The notes under the pieces: model-generated
The model's input: the letters and a program-made list of their open reading frames with translations, nothing else
What the model was told of the DNA's origin: nothing
The model's database searches: none
Made by a program: the position numbers and the translations under genes
Part shown: one piece after another, positions 1 through 5,616 of the stretch
Layout of the letters: every line of letters begins with the position of its first letter
How positions within the stretch are numbered: the stretch's first letter is position 1
NCBI GenBank assembly: GCA_964480775.1
Contig: CAYZRF010000039.1
Coordinates: 1-11,359 of the forward strand
Source of the DNA: an uncultured Nitrososphaerota archaeon
Lineage (GTDB): Archaea; Korarchaeota; Korarchaeia; Korarchaeales; Korarchaeaceae
Length of the DNA: 11,359 nucleotides
Reading direction: 5' to 3'

Positions 1-1082
1 AACTCCTTGATCACCTTCTCAACGACGCTTTCTTCTGCGAATTCTTTTCTTATGACCAGTTTCTCCGCAATCATCTTCGGAGAACTAGAATAAAGCTGTA
101 AAGTCAGTTCTCCAATTATTTCATTGCTAAACAGAATTGCTGGACGAAGATACTCTCCTTTGCTCAGCTGTGGGTATATCCACCTAAATCCAAACGTGCG
201 TTCTAGCCTCTTGTAATACCCAAGCAGCAAGGCATCATCATTGAAGAGGATCCTTACGAGCCCTGGTTCTTCAGGAGAGGTTTCTATGCTGCTTAAGGAT
301 TCAAGGTCCTCCGATAGCAACCACTGGGTGTGGGTTCTCCCTTCAACCTCTACCTTAATCACCTCTCCTTTTTCGTACAGAGAATTAAGGATGTTTCTCG
401 TCTCTTTTACAGTCCAACCAACCCAGTGAGCAATGTCGTGGGCACAGAAGGGGCCGTAAACCTTTAGGCATTTGGAAGCCAGCCATTCCCTTGCTTCCTC
501 CTCAGGAACTTCCTCTATCTTCATCTTAGGGAAGAAGGTGTGAGTTAGTCCGTATCTTGGCCTTACCCGCCTAAATCCCACTCTAATAATCTCTCCAAAG
601 TTATAAAGCTCGTAAAAAAGCCTCTTTGCTTCTTTTTTGAGCTCAGGGTAAGCATCTGAAAAGACCTTGGAGAAACCTGAAGGAGTGATGGGCTGATGTC
701 TTTCTATGAGAGCAAGAGCCTTCCTGTGTGAGCTGGTAAGCCTTTCAGGGCAAGCGTAGTATGCGGCCTTCTTCCTCATTATGCTTCTCGTTGCCTTGAA
801 GAAAAAAGGGTATTCATCAGCTGATACAATTCTCAGGGCCTTTCTCAACACATGGCCGTAAACAAGCTTTCCTCTTTGAAGAAGATCTATCAGCCAGCCT
901 CTCTGGAAGGCCTTCATCCTTGCGAACATCTCGTAAAAATGCCAACCATCTTGGAGTCCTCCAATATCTCTTACAATCGATAGAGTGTCTTTCTTTCCTT
1001 CTCCTAATTTCTCAGGAGTAAGATGAAGCCTTTCTAGGACGAACTTTCTCGCTTCTTCTCTGCTAAAGCTAAGTCTAACCAA
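1..1082 (-). CDS. YcaQ/AlkZ-like winged-helix (HTH_42 / DUF1006 family) protein, putative DNA glycosylase-like. The 3-prime end lies beyond the left window edge.
   Basis: The minus-strand frame is open from a TGA near 1187 down to nt 1. It is missing from the supplied track because it runs off the edge. The first canonical start is TTG at 1082..1080, with GGAG 4 nt upstream. My translation: MVRLSFSREEARKFVLERLHLTPEKLGEGKKDTLSIVRDIGGLQDGWHFYEMFARMKAFQRGWLIDLLQRGKLVYGHVLRKALRIVSADEYPFF...CAHDIAHWVGWTVKETRNILNSLYEKGEVIKVEVEGRTHTQWLL...VRILFNDDALLLGYYKRLERTFGFRWIYP...RPAILFSNEIIGELTLQLY... At least 360 codons are present. The order of motifs matches my memory of the YcaQ/AlkZ family: N-terminal LS..EAR....L.R..L, then GGLQ, then L-R-x-x-L-x-x-V-x-A-x-D, a winged-helix segment, then V-R-x-L-x-x-x-D-x-L-L-L-x-Y. 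The start codon is uncertain. Confidence 0.7.
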   Translation of the reverse strand, partial: MVRLSFSREEARKFVLERLHLTPEKLGEGKKDTLSIVRDIGGLQDGWHFYEMFARMKAFQRGWLIDLLQRGKLVYGHVLRKALRIVSADEYPFFFKATRSIMRKKAAYYACPERLTSSHRKALALIERHQPITPSGFSKVFSDAYPELKKEAKRLFYELYNFGEIIRVGFRRVRPRYGLTHTFFPKMKIEEVPEEEAREWLASKCLKVYGPFCAHDIAHWVGWTVKETRNILNSLYEKGEVIKVEVEGRTHTQWLLSEDLESLSSIETSPEEPGLVRILFNDDALLLGYYKRLERTFGFRWIYPQLSKGEYLRPAILFSNEIIGELTLQLYSSSPKMIAEKLVIRKEFAEESVVEKVIKE

Positions 1083-1265
1083 TTCGCTCCCTGCCAGGTA
1101 AATGCCTGAGACCTTCGCTTCCTTGATTTTAATAAGCTCAAGGTTAGTGACTAAGCAACGGATGCTGACTAATGAAGCCCATTTCGTTCAAGCAATCGTC
1201 CTTTCCTTTTCCTTGATTTGAGGAGTTCATTTCGTGCTATGAACGGTTTTTTAGACCTGGATAGA

Positions 1266-2248
1266 TCAGAACAGGCTGATGATGAAAGCTATGGCTTGTG
1301 TCACTAAGGTCGAGAGGACAAGTTTTCCGAGGAAAGAGAGGTCGATTATCCACGTTTTGGCGTTCCTTATCCTTTCCTCTTTTCCAAGGAGGTTTTGGAG
1401 CTGAAAAAGATCGTTTATTGTAGCTTTCTTTAAACCCTCCATTTCTTCAATGTTAAGTTCTATTTTACGGAGTTCATCATCCTTGACCTTTGAGAGCCCC
1501 TTATGCAGGAGAAAATGAGGAACAATGGCCGTAGGCAAGAACATGAGGAGAGAACCGATAAGAGGAACGAAGAGGATGTACCTCCCCATATACCCATGGC
1601 CAATCCACTTGATACCGCTGTTGCCATCGTGTTTGCTGTTATGAGCTTTCTAAATCCAGAGAAGAACTTCTTCCCGCTTATAGTCAAGGCCTTGTTGTTG
1701 AAACCTATTTTTGAGCATAATTCCCAGTATGCAAGGTTCATTCCAATTGGGATGACGAACATGAACGTTCCTCCTAAAACGCAGCCATTTATGACCTGAG
1801 AAGCCCAACCATAGAGCTCAATAAGGGACGGATTTCTGTAGAAAGAAGCTATTTCTACGATGTTAGATGTCGAGAGGCCGAACTCCTTAACTAGGTAAAG
1901 GTGGAGGGTGCTAAAAACGAGCCAAAACCCGACGATGACCCAATATAAGCGGCTCAATGCCCTTTTACGAAGGACTGAGATAAGATCGTTTATCTCAATC
2001 TCTTTTAGATTTAACAAGGGCTTTAACTCTAAAACGGCTTCGCTCAGTCTTTTCATAGAAAAGATTATTGAAAACCCGCTAACGAACCCAAATGCGCTTG
2101 TGAGCAGCTATTCTATATCAAAGAGAAACCTAGTTACATTATCCGATAAGAAGGCCAATGCCAATCCTGCAAGGTAGGTAGCAGCGCTTATTGCACAAAC
2201 CAAGGCTACTGGGAGGTTCTCAACCTGGATGACGTGTTCTCTACCCAA
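1266..2248 (-). pseudogene. Disrupted polytopic membrane-protein gene of unknown family, present as three collinear fragments.
   Basis: Track ORFs 1460..2056 (198 aa) and 1266..1589 (107 aa) overlap by 130 nt in different frames. The tail of the first (GGTSSSFLLSVLSSCSCLRPLFLIFSCIRGSQRSRMMNSVK) looks out of frame. The second continues with membrane-like sequence (RYILFVPLIGSLLMFLPTAIVPHF...). One extra G in the G4 run (plus-strand CCCC, 1584..1587) would fuse ...GLAMGIWG to RYILFVPL... Upstream, the same frame as the 2056 ATG is open from TTG 2248..2246 through two hydrophobic segments (LPVALVCAISAATYLAGLALAFL and LLTSAFGFVSGFSIIFS). It is interrupted only by TAG at 2110..2108. The alternative reading is two or three genuine small overlapping genes. 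Confidence 0.45.
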
Positions 2249-2490
2249 AAAGACAACACATCACCTTTTGCATCAATCAATTTTCAAATTTAATCTAATA
2301 GATCCATCTAGATTGGACAAAAAGAAAGGAAAGAGGCCCACAAGATTCTGGCGCCGTTTCGTCTAAAGGCCCTGATTTTCAATTATTCAAGTCAATGCGG
2401 GATCTCAACAGCTTTTCATAGGTTGATGTGGGACACGCGACTGCAAAGAAGATATGTATTAGCGAACTAGCGCATCTCACCTTCCACTTG

Positions 2491-3609
2491 TTATTCTCCT
2501 GGAGAAATGTTTTTGAGAAGCGCTTCTATTTCTCCAGCTATCTTCGAACCCACGTTTGGGAGAGCCTTTAGGCCTTGCAACCCTTCTTCTTCATATATCT
2601 TCCTTACGTCTTCCTTCAATTCATCCAATGTCCATGCTGCTTTCCTATATGCCCAGACCTTGTTCTGAGATGCGTTCTGGATTTCAAGCCTGTAAGTCTT
2701 CTCGAAGAGATAATTAGCTACTGCCTTGTTAGTCCTTAATTCCTTAGGATAGATGTGAATTGGTCTCTTGAGCCTATCGTCTAGTCCAAGCTTGTTACAG
2801 ATCTCCATAACCTTCCTTCCTAATTCGCTTTGGTGCTCACGACTGGGTGTGTCCGATAGAGATGAACCTTTACCCGAGAAAATCCTTAATGTTGGACCTA
2901 CTGCCTCTGGCTTGAATTTCCTAAGGAGGGAGAGGTAATGCTCCGTAAGCGGGCTTCCAAGTGTTAGACCACCGCCAATTACATAGCTTCCTCCGTGCTG
3001 CTTGGTCTCCTTAACGACCTCCTCGATATTCTCTTCATCATCGTAAACGAAAGGGAGGGCCGGTATCAGGGCCGTTCCTGTTTTTATGCCAGCCCTACTT
3101 ATCTCTTTCATGGCCTCGAGCCTTCTCTCCGGAGGAGGAGCCTTAGGCTCCCAGAACCTCAGATCTTCCCTCAAGCTTATTATGCTGAAAGTTACGCAAG
3201 TCCAGGACTTCTCGTTTATCTCCTTTAACAGATCAAGATCCTTTAGGATGAGATCAGACTTCTCGTTCATGTGGACTGGAAATCCCAGATCAGCGCAGAC
3301 CTCTAACATCTTCCTTATCAGTCTGTATTTTACCTCGGCTGGCTGGTAGTAGCCCAACATTATTATGTCCCTTTCAACCCTCTTGAGTTCTCTCGAAAGG
3401 AGAAGTGGAGCGTTCACTTTCACCTTAATGACTTCGTAGAACTCCCAGTCTTGTCTGAAGTACTTCCTTGCCCTATAGTAGCAGTACTCGCACCCGTATT
3501 CACAGCCAACATAGGGGTTTGCTGAGTACCTGTTCCAGTACCACCCACCGTCGCAGTGCTTGTATACGTTTAGCACTTTCTTGGGCTTGTACTCCAAATA
3601 CCTAGCCAT
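2491..3609 (-). CDS. Radical SAM protein of the SplB / spore-photoproduct-lyase-like ('DNA repair photolyase', COG1533-type) family with a C-terminal helix-hairpin-helix.
   Basis: 372-aa ORF. The N-terminus KKVLNVYKHCDGGWYWNRYSANPYVGCEYGCEYCYYRAR carries the CX3CX2C radical SAM cluster motif (C36, C40, C43; nt 3481..3504). It sits in the N-P-Y-x-G-C-x-x-G-C-x-Y-C-Y-x-R context I associate with SplB-like enzymes. The C-terminal LQGLKALPNVGSKIAGEIEALL (nt 2515..2580) fits the HhH pattern L-x-x-L-P-x-(I/V)-G-x-K-x-A-x-x-I. Its ATG at 3609 overlaps the upstream stop by 8 nt. Confidence 0.85.
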   Translation of the reverse strand: MARYLEYKPKKVLNVYKHCDGGWYWNRYSANPYVGCEYGCEYCYYRARKYFRQDWEFYEVIKVKVNAPLLLSRELKRVERDIIMLGYYQPAEVKYRLIRKMLEVCADLGFPVHMNEKSDLILKDLDLLKEINEKSWTCVTFSIISLREDLRFWEPKAPPPERRLEAMKEISRAGIKTGTALIPALPFVYDDEENIEEVVKETKQHGGSYVIGGGLTLGSPLTEHYLSLLRKFKPEAVGPTLRIFSGKGSSLSDTPSREHQSELGRKVMEICNKLGLDDRLKRPIHIYPKELRTNKAVANYLFEKTYRLEIQNASQNKVWAYRKAAWTLDELKEDVRKIYEEEGLQGLKALPNVGSKIAGEIEALLKNISPGE

Positions 3610-4282
3610 GAGCTATCTCCCTCAAGGCCTTTTCTTTTAGCTTAGAGACTCCTGCATCATCAATCCTCGTGATTATATCTCTGGCTAAAGGTTCTCTCTT
3701 TCCAATCAGCTTACACGCATATATTGCTGTCCACTTTTTCTCAAGACTTTCAGAGGCCCATTTCCTCAATAAGTCAATGGCATTCACTCCTAAGATTTCC
3801 CATCCTCTGTTATGGATTCTCCTTAAGGCGAAGGCCGCAGTTCTTCTCTCTCCTTCCAATTTAGAGGAGGCTAATTCTTCAAGCTTAGACTGGGAAATGA
3901 TTCCTTCTTTTATGAGTTCTGCAATAGTATCGCCTGTAGACCTATTAACACCCGGTGATGGATCTTTTGCAAGTTCCTGAAGAAGATCAAGTGCAATTTT
4001 ATGCCTTCCTATCTGCCGTAAAGCTCTTGCTACTGCCTCTCTTACGAGCCAACTCTCGTCCTCTACTGCTTTTTTAAGAAGGAATTCTAATCCCTCCCCT
4101 TTTTTGAGCAACTCACCAACAGCTAGAATAGCGGTCTGCCTCATCAGTGGTTCTTCGCTCTTAATCCAGGATCTAACCTTCTCAGCGGCGTCCTTTCTTT
4201 TTAAGGAAAGAAGAAGAGAGATTGCCATCTTCCTTTCCTTTGCGTCTTTGCTGCAAGCCAATTCATCTATCCTTTCTCTCAT
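3602..4282 (-). CDS. HEAT-repeat protein, AlkD-like / DNA_alkylation-like paralogue.
   Basis: 226-aa ORF made of repeated helix pairs with HEAT-type signatures: EPLMRQTAILAVGELL, ESWLVREAVARALRQIG, GERRTAAFALRRI, and LLRKWASESLEKKWTAIYACKLIG. It is similar in size to the adjacent AlkD-like gene. Its ATG (4282..4280) overlaps the upstream TGA (4281..4279) as ATGA. Confidence 0.75.
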   Translation of the reverse strand: MRERIDELACSKDAKERKMAISLLLSLKRKDAAEKVRSWIKSEEPLMRQTAILAVGELLKKGEGLEFLLKKAVEDESWLVREAVARALRQIGRHKIALDLLQELAKDPSPGVNRSTGDTIAELIKEGIISQSKLEELASSKLEGERRTAAFALRRIHNRGWEILGVNAIDLLRKWASESLEKKWTAIYACKLIGKREPLARDIITRIDDAGVSKLKEKALREIAHG

Positions 4283-4935
4283 TTTAGGCCCCTCAATAAT
4301 TCATCTGCCTCCCTCGTTCCCATCAGTTTCTTTAGTCCGTGCCTTATGACGTAATTTGCCTCTTTGCTGGTGTTCATCCACCTCCTGCATAATTCGACCA
4401 CTAGATCTGGGTCTTTCTTACACATTTCCCTTAGGATATGGGCTACGGCTTTCCTTACGTATAGACTCCTGTCATCCTTCAATTTCTCCAGCAAAGGAAT
4501 CACTAACTTTGGCTTATCCTTGGCTATTCCCCTCAATGCCTCTATAGAGGTCCTCCTGACTGCTTCTAGGCTAGAAGAAGACCACTTCTCCATCTTATTA
4601 AGAAGAAGCTCCGGATATTTTCTTCCTATCACAACCAAGGAGGTACTAACTCCTTCAATGACTTCCCAGTTGTCATCGGCTTCAGCTATTTCTCTTAGAC
4701 GCCTAAATGCCTTCTCAGGATCTTTCTTTCCGATGAAACCCCAAGCATCGGCAACAGTCCATCTAGATAATGGAACACCAGTCTTCCAGAGTTCCTCCTC
4801 AAGGATGTAGAAACGCTTGGGATTAGAAAAGAAAAGATCAGCAAGAGCTCTTGAAACCATTCTTCTTGTTTTGACGCTTCTGTCCTGTGCTAGAGAGATG
4901 TACTCTTTTGGAAGAGATGTGTTGGCCTTGGCCAA
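4279..4935 (-). CDS. DNA alkylation repair protein family (AlkD/AlkC-type HEAT-like repeat, PF08713-like).
   Basis: 218-aa ORF with a TTG start at 4935 and GGAAGGA 7-13 nt upstream. Its motifs follow the order I remember for the DNA_alkylation family. DDNWEVIEGVSTSLVVIGRKYPELLLNKMEKWSSSSLEAVRRTSIEAL resembles nWdlvD...l..Wa.s.n.wvrRaa. DDRSLYVRKAVAHILREMCKKDPDLVVELCRRW resembles de.fvqkAvgWaLre..k.dpe.v..fl. Confidence 0.8.
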   Translation of the reverse strand: MAKANTSLPKEYISLAQDRSVKTRRMVSRALADLFFSNPKRFYILEEELWKTGVPLSRWTVADAWGFIGKKDPEKAFRRLREIAEADDNWEVIEGVSTSLVVIGRKYPELLLNKMEKWSSSSLEAVRRTSIEALRGIAKDKPKLVIPLLEKLKDDRSLYVRKAVAHILREMCKKDPDLVVELCRRWMNTSKEANYVIRHGLKKLMGTREADELLRGLK

Positions 4936-4940
4936 TCAGA

Positions 4941-5081
4941 TCATCCTTCCTTTTTTGGCTCAAATGCTTTCATCGGACAATCTTTTGCGTCCATATCTCC
5001 TTTAACTCTGTATCCGAAGCAGTCTCCCTCTTCTTCACTTATGGGCTTATAATACTTACAATCTCTACATTTGGGCATCAT
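4941..5081 (-). CDS. 46-aa Cys4 (CxxC...C...C) miniprotein, putative metal-binding. Not in the supplied ORF track.
   Basis: Hand translation of the minus strand gives MMPKCRDCKYYKPISEEEGDCFGYRVKGDMDAKDCPMKAFEPKKEG, then TGA at 4943..4941. GGAGGGATT lies immediately upstream of the ATGATG. The AbrB gene's TGA (5080..5078) is embedded in that ATGATG. The stop is 5 nt before the TTG of the next gene. This placement in an otherwise gapless operon supports translation. Confidence 0.6.
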   Translation of the reverse strand: MMPKCRDCKYYKPISEEEGDCFGYRVKGDMDAKDCPMKAFEPKKEG

Positions 5082-5422
5082 AATCCCTCCCGCTTCTTTC
5101 TGGAATCTTCGCTTTCAAATGATCGAACTCGGCTGAAGAATCCTTCCTCCTCAGCTATCTTTTCTATGAGGTGATCCATAACTTCAGCTTTGATCAGGAC
5201 GATCCCTGCTCCATCCTTTCTCCCAAGGACTATGAGTCTGGTTCCCCTTTCTATCCCATATTCTTCCCTTGCCCTTGCAGGAATGACAATTTGCCCCTTT
5301 TCGCTCACGGTCACTACACCATATATTAGCGGTCGCTTTCTAGTGCAGATTCCTTCGTCGCTATCAGCCGAGTTCATCTTACTTGTCTTACTTTTCTCAC
5401 TTTTAAAACTATTGTTTAGCAT
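5078..5422 (-). CDS. AbrB/MazE/SpoVT-family DNA-binding protein, likely operon regulator.
   Basis: The core VVTVSEKGQIVIPARAREEYGIERGTRLIVL matches the SpoVT-AbrB swapped-hairpin signature (v.v..kGqvtiP...R...gi..Gd.l.v). The start is ambiguous. The track uses TTG 5467 (129 aa). ATG 5422 gives 114 aa (MLNNSF...). ATG 5377 gives 99 aa (MNSADS...) and sits 23 nt downstream of TTTTAAAA, which is compatible with a leaderless mRNA. I report 5422 as a compromise. Confidence 0.8.
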   Translation of the reverse strand: MLNNSFKSEKSKTSKMNSADSDEGICTRKRPLIYGVVTVSEKGQIVIPARAREEYGIERGTRLIVLGRKDGAGIVLIKAEVMDHLIEKIAEEEGFFSRVRSFESEDSRKKREGL

Positions 5423-5480
5423 CCGATAGAGGGATACAATAGGTCGCTTTGTGCATGGGATTAGCAAGCTATTCTTCTAC

Positions 5481-5489
5481 TATTATAAA
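5481..5489 (-). promoter_or_regulatory. Candidate TATA box (TTTATAATA on the minus strand) for the five-gene operon.
   Basis: This is the only strong A/T box in the 149-nt gap between the aldo/keto reductase stop (5617) and the AbrB gene. It would place the transcription start near 5455-5460, upstream of ATG 5422. An alternative box, TTTTAAAA at 5401..5408, would serve ATG 5377. The call rests on sequence pattern only. Confidence 0.3.
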
Positions 5490-5616
5490 TCATGCAATTG
5501 GGGTCCTTTCTGGCAATAAATAAGGGCTTAGAGGAGTTCTCAATCTAAAGGATACTAGCTGGTTGCTTTTACAAAATATGCAGCAGTGAATGTAACGATC
5601 TAATCCTAGATCTTCC

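Noticed and set aside
241-429. Track ORF, plus strand, 62 aa.
   Set aside because: It lies entirely antisense within the long YcaQ/AlkZ-like reading frame. It has a TTG start and a Ser/Leu-rich low-complexity translation with no motif.
1119-1219. An 11-nt direct repeat TTCCTTGATTT at 1119..1129 and 1209..1219, upstream of the YcaQ-like start.
   Set aside because: By rough estimate, a single 11-mer recurrence within 100 nt is about what chance would give across an 11-kb AT-biased window. One copy lies in the open frame upstream of the TTG start, and there is no palindromic character.
1225-1252. Plus-strand hairpin GTTCAT-N8-ATGAAC followed by TTTTTT, which resembles an intrinsic terminator.
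   Set aside because: No plus-strand gene ends here; the flanking genes are on the minus strand. The stem is only 6 bp, and archaeal termination needs only oligo-T. It is probably incidental, though it could stop antisense transcription.
2108-2110. In-frame TAG as pyrrolysine or programmed read-through.
   Set aside because: Nothing in this window suggests Pyl machinery, and it is not expected in the inferred lineage. The same gene also carries a frameshift, which favours decay or sequencing error.
1503-2177. Track ORFs 1503..1799 and 1908..2177 on the plus strand.
   Set aside because: Both are antisense to the membrane-protein fragments. Their translations are not protein-like (Arg/Asn/Ser-rich), and there are no upstream signals.
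2995-3349. Track ORFs 2995..3228 and 3086..3349 on the plus strand.
   Set aside because: They are antisense to the well-supported radical SAM gene, overlap each other in different frames, and have low-complexity translations.
2491-5081. The idea that the Cys-rich 46-aa peptide is a RiPP precursor modified by the radical SAM enzyme (sactipeptide or ranthipeptide style).
   Set aside because: The radical SAM protein has no SPASM/twitch auxiliary Cys clusters or RiPP-recognition-like N-terminal domain. It instead has SplB-type N-terminal context and an HhH. There is no peptidase or exporter in the operon, and the peptide lacks a leader/core organisation.
5078-5422. AbrB/MazE-fold gene as the antitoxin of a toxin-antitoxin pair.
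   Set aside because: No PIN, MazF, Doc or other toxin-like gene is adjacent. The downstream partner is a Cys4 miniprotein followed by HEAT proteins. An operon regulator is the simpler reading.
3669-5429. Track plus-strand ORFs 3669..3980, 4104..4349, 4356..4547, 4364..4810, 4817..5005, 4887..5174 and 5190..5429.
   Set aside because: All are shadows antisense to the HEAT, AlkD-like, miniprotein and AbrB genes. Their Ser/Leu/Phe-rich translations are typical of the reverse frame of K/E-rich genes, and they overlap each other.
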